17,862 nucleotides of DNA. It comes from Thermotogota bacterium (lineage in GTDB: Bacteria > Thermotogota > Thermotogae > Petrotogales > Petrotogaceae). Below, in pieces: positions 1 to 8,747 of this stretch (position 1 is its first letter; each line of letters opens with the position of its first letter). The notes beneath the pieces were generated by a model that did not search any database, was not told where the DNA came from, and saw only the letters and a list, made by a program, of their open reading frames with translations. Where the stretch lies: the NCBI GenBank assembly GCA_051748045.1, contig JBNJGY010000019.1, forward strand, positions 17,295 to 35,156, written 5' to 3'. Position numbers and translations under genes: made by a program.

Positions 1-14
1 AGGGGTGCCCCTAC
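1..14 (-). repeat. GTAG-tagged REP-like end inside the transposase coding sequence
   Basis: The reverse complement reads GTAGGGGCACCCCT, a GTAG tag followed by a GC-rich palindrome, in otherwise very AT-rich DNA. Truncated by the window edge. Confidence 0.6.
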
Positions 15-225
15 TTTAGGTAATGTAATTGGTTCTTTTAAATCTTTAACGACTAACAGTTATATAAAAATGGTTAAGAAAAATATATTACCGCCATTTG
101 AAAAAAGAATATGGCAAAAAAATTATTATGAACATATAATAAAAAGTTATAAGGCATATATTAAAATTTCAGAATATATAAAAAATAATCCTTTAAACTG
201 GAAAGAAGATAGATATTATTTATAG
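1..225 (+). CDS. REP-associated tyrosine transposase (RAYT / Y1_Tnp HUH family), C-terminal part; 5' end lies outside the window
   Basis: My translation of frame +1: RGAPTLGNVIGSFKSLTTNSYIKMVKKNILPPFEKRIWQKNYYEHIIKSYKAYIKISEYIKNNPLNWKEDRYYL, stop TAG at 223-225. The motifs FKS, WQxxYYEHII and YIxxNP (catalytic Tyr) are typical of RAYT/IS200-like transposases. Overlaps the rfbC 3' end by 6 nt. Confidence 0.9.
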   Translation, partial: RGAPTLGNVIGSFKSLTTNSYIKMVKKNILPPFEKRIWQKNYYEHIIKSYKAYIKISEYIKNNPLNWKEDRYYL

Positions 226-732
226 AGACTTGTCTTTTTTTGATATTATTAAATCATTTTCAGAAATACCAAATTTTTCTAATTCCCAATCAATATTTAA
301 TTTTTTATCTTTCCAATGTATTCCTGCTTCATATTCTGGTTTATAGTAATTATCTACTTTATAATAAACTATATTCTCTTCTTCTAAAGCTAAATATCCG
401 TGAGCGAATCCCCTTGGAATAAACAATGATTTTTCAATACTATCTAAAATGTACTTGCCATATTTCTTATATGTTATTGAATCTTTTCTTAAATCAACAA
501 AAACATCTAATATTTTTCCTTTGATACAAGTTATTATTTTAGCTTGAGAAAATTCTTTTTGATAATGAAGTCCTCTTAAAACATATTTTTTTGAAAAAGC
601 AAAGTTATCCTGAATTGTATTAAAATCTAAATCAGATCTATATTTTTCTATAAAAAATCCTCTTTGATCTTCATACTTGCTGTTTTCTACTATTTTAACT
701 TCTGGTATTTCTTTATGATTTATAACCTTCAT
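220..732 (-). CDS. rfbC: dTDP-4-dehydrorhamnose 3,5-epimerase
   Basis: Motifs DQRGFF, QDNxAFSKKYVLRGLHYQ, QAK, FIPRGFAHGY, YKVDNYY and ISKKD; GAGG RBS at 740-743. Confidence 0.95.
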   Translation of the reverse strand: MKVINHKEIPEVKIVENSKYEDQRGFFIEKYRSDLDFNTIQDNFAFSKKYVLRGLHYQKEFSQAKIITCIKGKILDVFVDLRKDSITYKKYGKYILDSIEKSLFIPRGFAHGYLALEEENIVYYKVDNYYKPEYEAGIHWKDKKLNIDWELEKFGISENDLIISKKDKSL

Positions 733-757
733 TTTATCGCCTCTTTCTTTTTTTAAA

Positions 758-766
758 ATTATATCA
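758..766 (-). promoter_or_regulatory. Extended -10 promoter for rfbC
   Basis: The minus strand reads TGATATAAT (TGnTATAAT) about 25 nt upstream of the rfbC ATG. Confidence 0.55.
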
Positions 767-858
767 TAAGTAATTTTCTATATATGGAATATTGTCGATT
801 AAAATCAATGAGCCTTGATTTATTTGATTTCCTTTAAGAAATCTGATTTTATATGAAA

Positions 859-887
859 TTTAATTTAATTATGTTTAATGATATAAT
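859..887 (+). promoter_or_regulatory. Sigma70-type extended -10 promoter of the lysine fermentation operon
   Basis: TG-A-TATAAT at 879-887 with a weak -35 (TTTAAT, 859-864) at 17 nt spacing. Confidence 0.6.
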
Positions 888-892
888 ACAAT

Positions 893-922
893 TGAGAGAG
901 TGAAAAAATTTTCATACTCTCA
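893..922. promoter_or_regulatory. Operator-like inverted repeat over the predicted transcription start
   Basis: TGAGAGAGTGAAAA-AA-TTTTCATACTCTCA, 14-bp arms with 2 mismatches; the core TGA-N8-TCA recurs at 966-979. Confidence 0.45.
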
Positions 923-998
923 TTTGTGCTTTAAATAAAGGATACAGAAAATAATTAGTTAGGAATGAAAATTATCTCAGATTAAAGAGGTGGAATAT

Positions 999-1652
999 AT
1001 GGAAGTTATTAATGCAAAAAAAGCAGCGGATTTAATTACAAATAATTCTTCTTTGATGATTGGTGGTTTTTTGGGAGTTGGTACACCTGAAAACATCATA
1101 GCTGAAATCATAGAGTTAAAAAGAGAAGGATTAGTTGTGATTGGAAACGATACATCTTTTGTAGATAAAGGAATAGGAAGGTTAGTTGCTGAAAAACTAG
1201 TTAAAAAAGTTATCACATCACATATTGGAACAAATCCAGAAACACAAAAACAAATGATATCTGATGAATGTGAAGTAGAATTAACTCCTCAAGGCACATT
1301 GGCAGAAAAAATCAGAGCTGCAGGTGTAGGTCTAGGTGGTATATATACTCCAACTGGTGTTGGAACAACTGTAGAAGATGGTAAAGAAGTAAGAGAAATT
1401 GATGGAGTTAAATATTTGTTCGAAAAGCCTTTAAGTGCTGATTTTGCGCTTTTAAAAGCAAAAAGAGCAGATTATAAAGGTAATTTAGAGTACAACCTCA
1501 CAGCAAGGAACTTCAACCCTATAATGGCTCTTGCTGGAAAGACTGTGATCGTAGAAGTTGAAGAAATAGTCCCTGTCGGAAGTATTGATCCTAATAACGT
1601 TCATACTCCAAGTGTTTTGGTTGATTACATAGTTGTTGGGGGGAATAAATAA
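999..1652 (+). CDS. atoD: Butyrate:acetoacetate CoA-transferase subunit A
   Basis: Motifs [19 protein letters not shown], [18 protein letters not shown] and TARNFNP. ATG at 999 is preferred over GTG 990 because the RBS GAGGTG lies at 987-992. Confidence 0.93.
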   Translation: MEVINAKKAADLITNNSSLMIGGFLGVGTPENIIAEIIELKREGLVVIGNDTSFVDKGIGRLVAEKLVKKVITSHIGTNPETQKQMISDECEVELTPQGTLAEKIRAAGVGLGGIYTPTGVGTTVEDGKEVREIDGVKYLFEKPLSADFALLKAKRADYKGNLEYNLTARNFNPIMALAGKTVIVEVEEIVPVGSIDPNNVHTPSVLVDYIVVGGNK

Positions 1653-2302
1653 TGGATAATAAAATAAAAATTGCTCAAAGAGTAGCTCAAGAATTAAAAG
1701 ATGGAGATTTGGTTAATTTAGGAATTGGACTTCCTACTCTTGTTACTAATTATATCCCTGATGGAGTTGAAGTAACATTTCAATCAGAAAACGGAATGGT
1801 TGGAATGGGAAGATCTCCAGAAGAAGGATTTGAAAATAAAGACCTTACAAATGCAGGAGGAATGTATGCTACTGCAAATCCCGGTGCGATGTATTTTGAT
1901 AGTGCATTTTCTTTTGCTTTAATAAGAGGAGGACACCTCGATATTACTGTTTTAGGTGGTTTACAAGTAGATGAAAAAGGTCATTTGGCTAATTGGATGG
2001 TTCCTGGTAAAAAAATCCCAGGGATGGGTGGAGCTATGGATTTAGTAACTGGGGCTAAAAAAGTTATTGTAGCTATGACTCATACAGCAAAAGGAACACC
2101 AAAAATTGTTAAAGAATGTGATTTGCCATTAACTTCAATCAGAAAAGTTGATCTTATAGTTACTGAAATGTGTGTTATTGAACCTACTGACGAAGGCCTT
2201 GTATTAAAAGAAATAGCAGCTGATTATACTATTGATGATGTTAAAAATAATACATCAGCTCATTTGATTATCCCTGAAGATGTAAAAATGATGGGAGAAT
2301 AA
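1652..2302 (+). CDS. atoA: Butyrate:acetoacetate CoA-transferase subunit B
   Basis: Motifs [14 protein letters not shown] (catalytic Glu), IRGGHLD and [13 protein letters not shown] stop/start overlap with atoD. Confidence 0.93.
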   Translation: MDNKIKIAQRVAQELKDGDLVNLGIGLPTLVTNYIPDGVEVTFQSENGMVGMGRSPEEGFENKDLTNAGGMYATANPGAMYFDSAFSFALIRGGHLDITVLGGLQVDEKGHLANWMVPGKKIPGMGGAMDLVTGAKKVIVAMTHTAKGTPKIVKECDLPLTSIRKVDLIVTEMCVIEPTDEGLVLKEIAADYTIDDVKNNTSAHLIIPEDVKMMGE

Positions 2303-2303
2303 G

Positions 2304-2362
2304 AGAAATTGTTTACAATTTCTGTTTGAAGATGGATGTTGGAAGTTGGAAGTAAAAACGTT
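2304..2362 (+). repeat. Hairpin + 4-heptad repeat module, copy A (between atoA and kal)
   Basis: AGAAATTGT-TT-ACAATTTCT followed by GTTTGAA GATGGAT GTTGGAA GTTGGAA GTAAAAACGTT; related copies at 8362, 11189 and inverted at 11430-11473. Confidence 0.85.
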
Positions 2363-2393
2363 CTAAACAACTAAAATAGAGGAGGTTTTAATA

Positions 2394-2780
2394 ATGAATG
2401 AAGTCATGATTAGAGTTAGAATGTCACAAGCAGAAGCTCATTATGGTGGCAACTTAGTCGATGGAGCTAAAATGCTTCAATATTTTGGTGATGTAGCTAC
2501 TGAATTGTTAATAAGAAATGATGGAGATGAAGGTCTTTTTAGAGCTTATGATAGTGTCGAATTTTTAGCTCCTGTTTACGCAGGTGATTATATAGAGGTA
2601 GTTGGAAAAATTGTAAAAAAAGGAAATACATCAAGGAAAATGGAATTTGAAGCAAGAAAAGTTATTAAACCAAGACCAGATATTTCAGATTCTGCAGCAG
2701 AAGTTTTAGATGAACCAATTATTGTTGCAAAAGCTTCTGGAACATGTGTAGTACCTTTAGACAAACAAAGAGGTGTTTAA
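2394..2780 (+). CDS. kal: 3-aminobutyryl-CoA ammonia lyase (hotdog fold)
   Basis: [35 protein letters not shown] and [19 protein letters not shown]; operon context. Confidence 0.93.
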   Translation: MNEVMIRVRMSQAEAHYGGNLVDGAKMLQYFGDVATELLIRNDGDEGLFRAYDSVEFLAPVYAGDYIEVVGKIVKKGNTSRKMEFEARKVIKPRPDISDSAAEVLDEPIIVAKASGTCVVPLDKQRGV

Positions 2781-2781
2781 C

Positions 2782-3591
2782 ATGGAAAAACTTATTATAA
2801 CTGCAGCAGTAACAGGTGCAGAAGTTACAAGGGATTTGCAACCAAATCTTCCTTTGACACCTGAAGAAATCGCAGAAGAAGCTTATAATTGTTATAAAGC
2901 AGGTGCATCTATTATACATGTGCATGCAAGAGATGAAGAAGGTAAACCAACACAGGGTTATGAATATTATAAAAAGATTAAAGAAGCTGTAGAAAATAAA
3001 TGTAATGTTATTTTTCAACCATCTACCGGTGGTGCAACTTGGCACTCTTTTGAAGAAAGAATGCAGCCATTGAAATTAAATCCTGAAATGGCAACATTAT
3101 CAGCTGGTACCAGCAATTTCGGTGATGATGTTTTTATGAACACTAATGAATACATTGAAAAATTTGCGCAAGAAATGTTGGATAGAAATGTAAAACCCGA
3201 AATAGAAGTTTTTGAAAGAGGCATGATTAAAAATGCTTTGACTTTTGTGAAAAAAGGTTTATTAAAAACCCCTTTACATTTTGACTTTGTTTTAGGCGTT
3301 CCTGGAGCATGTCCTGGCGAAATTGAAGATTTAGTATATATGGTTGATAAAATTCCTTCTGATGCAACTTGGACTGTTGCTGGAATAGGAAGGTATGAAC
3401 TACCTCTTGCAATGCATGCTATTGCTATGGGAGGGCATGTTAGAGTTGGTTTTGAAGATAATATATATTTCAAAAAAGGTGAAAAAGCAAAATCGAATGC
3501 TCAACTAGTTGAAAGGGTAGCTAATTTAGCAAAAGAATATGGAAGAGACATAGCAACACCAGATGAAGCAAGAAAAATTCTTAATATTTGA
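2782..3591 (+). CDS. kce: 3-keto-5-aminohexanoate cleavage enzyme (BKACE family)
   Basis: MEKLIITAAVTGAE, HVHAR zinc ligands, STGG and GGHVRVGFEDN; ATG at 2782 follows GAGGTG. Confidence 0.93.
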   Translation: MEKLIITAAVTGAEVTRDLQPNLPLTPEEIAEEAYNCYKAGASIIHVHARDEEGKPTQGYEYYKKIKEAVENKCNVIFQPSTGGATWHSFEERMQPLKLNPEMATLSAGTSNFGDDVFMNTNEYIEKFAQEMLDRNVKPEIEVFERGMIKNALTFVKKGLLKTPLHFDFVLGVPGACPGEIEDLVYMVDKIPSDATWTVAGIGRYELPLAMHAIAMGGHVRVGFEDNIYFKKGEKAKSNAQLVERVANLAKEYGRDIATPDEARKILNI

Positions 3592-3611
3592 AGTATAAGG
3601 GAGGAAAATAA

Positions 3612-4646
3612 ATGAAAAAAGGAAATCCATTTGGAACTCATAGAGTTATTCAGCCTGAAGGTGCTTTACCTCAACCAGCAAAAAAAATTGACAACACTAT
3701 GGAAATCTATTCAAATGAAATCTTAATAGATGTTCAAACACTAAACGTAGATTCAGCAAGTTTCACGCAGATCAAAAATGCATGTGATTCTGATGAAACA
3801 AAAATAGCAAATATGATAAATGACATTGTAAGTGAAAAGGGGAAATTACAAAATCCAGTTACGGGTTCTGGAGGAATGCTTATTGGAACAATTAAAGAAA
3901 TTGGTCCAGATTTTCCAGACCAAAGTTTGAAGGTTGGAGATAAAATCGCCACGTTAGTTTCTCTTTCTTTGACACCTTTAAAAATAGATGAAATAATTAA
4001 AGTAAATAAAGGTACTGACCAAGTAGACATCAAAGGTCAAGCTATATTATTTGAAAGTGGTCTTTATGCAGTTTTACCTGAAGATATTTCAGAAAAACTG
4101 GCTCTAGCGGTACTTGATGTAGCAGGAGCTCCTGCCCAAGTAGACAAGTTAGTAGAAAAAGATCAATCAGTTTGTATTATAGGTGGTGGAGGTAAGTCAG
4201 GGATTCTATGTACTTATCAAGCAAAGAAAAAAGCAGGACCAGATGGAAAAGTAATTGTAATTGAATATTCCGAAGAAAATGCTAAGAGAATAGAAAATAT
4301 GGGTATTGCTGATGAAGTTATTATTGCGAACGCTACAAAACCTGTAACTATTTATGAAAAAATAAATGATATCACAAATGGAGATTTATGTGATGTTGTT
4401 ATAAATAATGTGAATGTTGAAGAAACAGAGATGTCTTCAATTTTAATAACTAAAGATGATGGTATTGTTTACTTCTTTTCTATGGCGACATCTTTCACAA
4501 GAGCAGCTCTTGGAGCTGAAGGTGTTGGAAAAGATATTAATATGATCATTGGTAATGGATATACTAAAGGACATGCTGATTTGAGTTTACAAATAATAAG
4601 AGAATCAAAACAAATCAGAGAATTATTTGAAAAATTGTACATATAA
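3612..4646 (+). CDS. kdd: L-erythro-3,5-diaminohexanoate dehydrogenase
   Basis: GTHRVIQPEGALPQPA, NPVTGSGGML, LVSLSLTPL, LDVAGAPAQ and FFSMATSF signatures. Confidence 0.93.
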   Translation: MKKGNPFGTHRVIQPEGALPQPAKKIDNTMEIYSNEILIDVQTLNVDSASFTQIKNACDSDETKIANMINDIVSEKGKLQNPVTGSGGMLIGTIKEIGPDFPDQSLKVGDKIATLVSLSLTPLKIDEIIKVNKGTDQVDIKGQAILFESGLYAVLPEDISEKLALAVLDVAGAPAQVDKLVEKDQSVCIIGGGGKSGILCTYQAKKKAGPDGKVIVIEYSEENAKRIENMGIADEVIIANATKPVTIYEKINDITNGDLCDVVINNVNVEETEMSSILITKDDGIVYFFSMATSFTRAALGAEGVGKDINMIIGNGYTKGHADLSLQIIRESKQIRELFEKLYI

Positions 4647-4663
4647 TATAGGAGGTTTTTTGA

Positions 4664-5944
4664 TTGAGAAGTTTTAAAGATATACCTTTATATAAAGATG
4701 TTACTCAAGAACAATGGAACGATTGGAAATGGCAATTACAAAATAGAATCACAGATGTCGAAACTCTAAAAAAAGTAATAAATCTAACTGATGAAGAGGA
4801 AGAGGGAATAAGAAATACTCTAAAAACTCTAAGGATGGCAATTACTCCTTATTATGCATCTTTAATAGATCCTAATGATCCTAAAGATCCTATAAGAAGA
4901 CAAGCAGTTCCAACAAGTAAAGAATTAAAAGTAGATAGATGGGATATGTTAGATCCTCTTCACGAAGACGCTGATTCACCAGTTCCTGGATTAACTCATA
5001 GGTATCCAGATAGAGTATTATTTTTAATAACAGATATGTGTTCTATGTATTGTAGACATTGTACAAGAAGAAGATTTGCAGGGCAAAAAGATGGTGCAAG
5101 AACAAGAGCAGAAATAGATAAAGCAATTGAATATATCAGAGAAACCCCACAAGTTAGAGATGTTCTTCTTTCTGGAGGAGATGCTTTATTAGCAGGAACT
5201 CCGATGTTAGATTATATTTTAACTGAACTTAGGAAGATAGAACATGTTGAAATAATAAGAATTGGTAGTAGAGCTCCTGTAGTTATGCCGCAAATAGTAA
5301 CAGATGAATTATTAGATGTTTTGAAAAAACATCATCCTATATGGATCAATACACATTTTAACCATCCAAATGAAATCACACCTGAATCGACTGAAGCATG
5401 TGAAAAAATGGCAAATATAGGAATACCTCTTGGTAATCAAAGTGTTTTATTAAAGGGTGTAAATGATAGTCCTTATTTAATGATGGAATTAGTTCACCAA
5501 CTAACAAAAATAAGAGTTAGACCATATTATATTTACCAATGTGATCTTTCTCAAGGTATAGCACATTTTAGAACTTCTGTTAGAAAGGGACTTGGTATTA
5601 TGGAAAGCCTTATAGGACATACATCAGGTTATGCAGTTCCAACATTCGTTGTAGATGCTCCTGGTGGTGGAGGGAAAATAAGACTTATGCCACAGTATCT
5701 TGTTTCTGAATCAGATGGCGCTGTTATTCTTAGAAATTATGAAGGTGTAATAACTACCTACCATGAACCAGAAGATGTTAAAACAGATGTAGATGATGAA
5801 AAATATAGAAAAAAATATCAGCTAAAAGGTGTTGCAGGTCTTTTTGAAGGTGGGCAGGTTAGTATGGAGCCTGAAAGTCTTGAAAGAGGAGAAAGAATTA
5901 AAGAATGGAAAGAAAAACATAAGGAAGACTTAAAAGATTTATAA
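4664..5944 (+). CDS. kamA: L-lysine 2,3-aminomutase (radical SAM, PLP)
   Basis: CSMYCRHC radical SAM motif, [17 protein letters not shown] and VDAPGGGGK (PLP lysine); TTG start after GGAGG. Confidence 0.96.
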   Translation: MRSFKDIPLYKDVTQEQWNDWKWQLQNRITDVETLKKVINLTDEEEEGIRNTLKTLRMAITPYYASLIDPNDPKDPIRRQAVPTSKELKVDRWDMLDPLHEDADSPVPGLTHRYPDRVLFLITDMCSMYCRHCTRRRFAGQKDGARTRAEIDKAIEYIRETPQVRDVLLSGGDALLAGTPMLDYILTELRKIEHVEIIRIGSRAPVVMPQIVTDELLDVLKKHHPIWINTHFNHPNEITPESTEACEKMANIGIPLGNQSVLLKGVNDSPYLMMELVHQLTKIRVRPYYIYQCDLSQGIAHFRTSVRKGLGIMESLIGHTSGYAVPTFVVDAPGGGGKIRLMPQYLVSESDGAVILRNYEGVITTYHEPEDVKTDVDDEKYRKKYQLKGVAGLFEGGQVSMEPESLERGERIKEWKEKHKEDLKDL

Positions 5945-6945
5945 TGAATTTCATAGATAATTTGATGAATTTTGAGACTCTTTCTGTAGTCGGACTTGAA
6001 AAAAACACTGGGAAAACAGAAACGATGAATTATATAATTAGCCATCTAAAAGATAAGATAACAATTGGTATTACTTCAATAGGTGTAGATGGAGAAACTA
6101 ATGATATAGTTACCAAGACAAAAAAACCTGAGATAACAGTATATGAAAATATGTTTTTTGCAACTACAGAAAAACATTTTAAACTCAAAAAAATCAACGC
6201 TGAAATATTTTATTTAAGTAGAAGAGAAACACCACTTGGAAGAATTTTAATTGCTAAGTCTAATGAAGAGGGGCGGATATTGTTATCCGGCCCTTCTACA
6301 TCAAATTGGCTTAAAGAAATTATGTCTGAAATGTATAATTTAGATAAGATGAAAATAATTGTTGATGGAGCCTTATCAAGAGTTTCTTCATCTTCTCCTT
6401 CTATTACAGAATCAGTTATTCTTTCTACTGGGGCGGCTTTATCTCTCTCTACTAAAAGTATAATAGATAAAACAGTTTACAAAATTAAATTAATGAATAT
6501 TGAAAGTATTGATGATAAACTGTTTTATGTATTAAAAAGTTTGGAAAATGGAATTTATTCTTTAAATGATGAGATAAAAAAACTTCCATATAAAACACTT
6601 TTATCTATAAAAAATGTAGACTTAGATAAATATGGATATACCTATTATTTAACAGGTGTTTTGAGCAATAATTTTGTAAAAAAAATATTGAGTAAAAAGT
6701 GTGTTGAAAAATATACTATTATAGTAAAAGATTATACAAAAATATTTTTAGATAGAAATACATATAATAATTTTATTAAATTAGGTGGAAAAATAAAAGT
6801 ATTACAAAAAGTAGATTTAAAAGCAGTTACATATAATCCAATTAGTCCAGAAGGTTTTGTTATAGATTCAAAAATGATTATGGAAAGTATTAAAGAAAAA
6901 ACTGGAGTAACAGTAATCGATGTAAAAAAGGATTTGATACTATGA
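5944..6945 (+). CDS. kamB: KamB-like accessory protein (putative lysine 5,6-aminomutase reactivase subunit)
   Basis: N-terminal P-loop-like GLEKNTGKT, TSIGVDGE and VDGALSR; position between kamA and the MutS-like gene. Confidence 0.8.
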   Translation: MNFIDNLMNFETLSVVGLEKNTGKTETMNYIISHLKDKITIGITSIGVDGETNDIVTKTKKPEITVYENMFFATTEKHFKLKKINAEIFYLSRRETPLGRILIAKSNEEGRILLSGPSTSNWLKEIMSEMYNLDKMKIIVDGALSRVSSSSPSITESVILSTGAALSLSTKSIIDKTVYKIKLMNIESIDDKLFYVLKSLENGIYSLNDEIKKLPYKTLLSIKNVDLDKYGYTYYLTGVLSNNFVKKILSKKCVEKYTIIVKDYTKIFLDRNTYNNFIKLGGKIKVLQKVDLKAVTYNPISPEGFVIDSKMIMESIKEKTGVTVIDVKKDLIL

Positions 6946-8312
6946 GAGAATTGTTAAAAAAAACTGATGCTGATTACATTTTGAACCAAATGGAATTTTG
7001 CTCTAATATGGGCAAAAAATATTTTCAAAAAATAAAGAAAGGTTTAAATTTAAAAGAAGTTGAAGAACAACTTGAACTAACTTCTATGTTTTTTTGTATT
7101 TTTGAAAATGAAAATGAAATAATTAAATATTTTAAATCTGCTATATCACACATAAATGACATTGAAAATACACTCTTGAATCTAAATTCAAAAAAAATAT
7201 TAGACGAAATTGAAATGTTTGAAATAAAAAATTTTTTATACTTTTCAATGAGAGTACAAAAAAAATTGAATAAAGAGTTCTACCAAATATATTTTGAAAA
7301 TCCTCATGATATTTTCTCAATACTAGATCCTCAAAATAAAGAGATACATAGTTTTTTTGTTTATGATGAATATTCTGAGAAACTAAAAACAATAAGAAAT
7401 CAAAAAAAAGAATATCAAAAAAAGGATTTAACAGAAAATCCAGAATACATAGATATTATTAGAAAAGAAAAAGAAGAGGAATATAAAATAAAAAAAAATT
7501 TAACTGAGAAATTAAAATTACATTCAAAAGAACTTATAAATATATTTAATAAGATAGCTATTTTGGATTTTTTAATTGCTAAATCTGAAATAATAGAAAA
7601 GTATAATTTGGTAAAACCTATTTTAAAAAATAAAATAAAACTAGAGAAAATATTCAATCCAAAAGTATTGGATATTCATGTTAGTAATAAGAAAAGGTAT
7701 CAAAGGATAGACTTTGAATTAGAAGATAAACCAACTATTATAACTGGTTCTAACATGTCTGGAAAAACTCTATCTACCAAAACAATAGCTTTAATATCTG
7801 TTCTTTTAAAACTTGGGTTTTACGTTCCCGCTGAAAAAGCTGAATTAAAATATTTTGAAACTATTTATTATTTATCAGGTGATCTGGGAGCTAATGATAA
7901 AGGCCTTTCAAGTTATGCTGGAGAGATTAAATATATAAATAAATCTTTTGTAGAAGCACAAAAAAACAAAGAAATTTTAATTGTTCTTGATGAACCAGCA
8001 AGAACAACCAATCCGAAAGAAGGAACTGCCATTATAGAAGCACTTATTAGTGAACTACATTCAAAAAAATGTAGTCTTTTAATAACAACACATTATCCAA
8101 ATATAATAGCAAAAAATGCAAAAAAAATGAGAGTAAAAGGATTGATGAAAGATAGAATAGGTGAAATTAATGAAAATAATATTAATGATTTTATAGATTA
8201 TTCTTTTGTAGAAGATGAAAAAGCTAATATTCCAGAAGAAGCTATAACTATTGCTGAGATTCTTGGTGTTGATGAGGTGCTTATAAAAACCGCTAGAAAA
8301 TTTTTAGGCTAA
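6942..8312 (+). CDS. kamC: KamC-like MutS-family ATPase (putative lysine 5,6-aminomutase reactivase ATPase)
   Basis: Walker A GSNMSGKT, GLSSYAGE, LDEPARTTNPKEG and TTHY; no mismatch-binding domain; operon context. Confidence 0.8.
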   Translation: MRELLKKTDADYILNQMEFCSNMGKKYFQKIKKGLNLKEVEEQLELTSMFFCIFENENEIIKYFKSAISHINDIENTLLNLNSKKILDEIEMFEIKNFLYFSMRVQKKLNKEFYQIYFENPHDIFSILDPQNKEIHSFFVYDEYSEKLKTIRNQKKEYQKKDLTENPEYIDIIRKEKEEEYKIKKNLTEKLKLHSKELINIFNKIAILDFLIAKSEIIEKYNLVKPILKNKIKLEKIFNPKVLDIHVSNKKRYQRIDFELEDKPTIITGSNMSGKTLSTKTIALISVLLKLGFYVPAEKAELKYFETIYYLSGDLGANDKGLSSYAGEIKYINKSFVEAQKNKEILIVLDEPARTTNPKEGTAIIEALISELHSKKCSLLITTHYPNIIAKNAKKMRVKGLMKDRIGEINENNINDFIDYSFVEDEKANIPEEAITIAEILGVDEVLIKTARKFLG

Positions 8313-8324
8313 TTTTTTTATAGA

Positions 8325-8571
8325 AAATAATAAATAGAGCTCTTCACAAGTTCGAAAGGGTAGAAATCATTTCATGATTTCTGTTGAGTGTTTATGGTTG
8401 GAAGTTGGAAGTAAAAAACGTTATTAAAAATAGCCATAGCTGTCATTTCGACTAAGATGCGTAGCATCGCATAGAGAAATCCCATCAGTAAATTTCACAA
8501 AGTGAAATTAAGCTTTTAAAACAATTCAATTTTCTACGAAAATTTACTGAATAGATGTCTCGACATGACAG
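8325..8571 (+). repeat. Composite intergenic repeat, copy 1 (hairpin-heptad module + TGTCA...TGACA palindromic element)
   Basis: Aligns to 11152-11408 at offset 2827; only 3 substitutions over about 8379-8564, plus a 10-nt indel near the 3' end. Confidence 0.92.
8440..8571. mobile_element. TGTC/CGTC-type REP- or MITE-like palindromic element
   Basis: Ends CTGTCAT...ATGACAG; nested arms GAGAAATC/GATGTCTC and TCAGTAAATTT/AAATTTACTGA; internal triloop hairpins. Confidence 0.7.
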
Positions 8572-8747
8572 TTGTAATAACTTATAACTCATGCTTTTAC
8601 TAACAATAATATAAATTTTTGTACTATAACTCTTAATAGTTCATCGCATCTATTTATTATTTCATTATAAAAATCAACAACTAACTTCAAGAAAAAATCA
8701 ACAATAAAATTACAAAATAATTTTTTATATAAAAAGGAGTGATTTAA

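Noticed and set aside
888-998. Lysine riboswitch or canonical Rex/CRP site in the operon leader
   Set aside because: The leader (~105 nt) is too short and AT-rich for an L-box; the dyad spacing is TGA-N8-TCA rather than the N6 of Rex or CRP boxes.
6942-8312. DNA mismatch repair MutS or MutS2
   Set aside because: It is too short, lacks mismatch-binding and Smr domains, and its context indicates KamC.
8590-8700. Possible decayed inverted heptad arm (CTTTTACTAACAATAAT; CAACAACTAACTTCAA) after repeat copy 1
   Set aside because: The position is suggestive, but the similarity is too weak to distinguish from AT-rich background by eye.
8313-8747. Cobalamin riboswitch upstream of the B12-dependent kamDE
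   Set aside because: I see no B12-box or other cobalamin riboswitch core, and the structured part is duplicated downstream of the terminator where it could not regulate kamDE. An Rfam scan would settle it.
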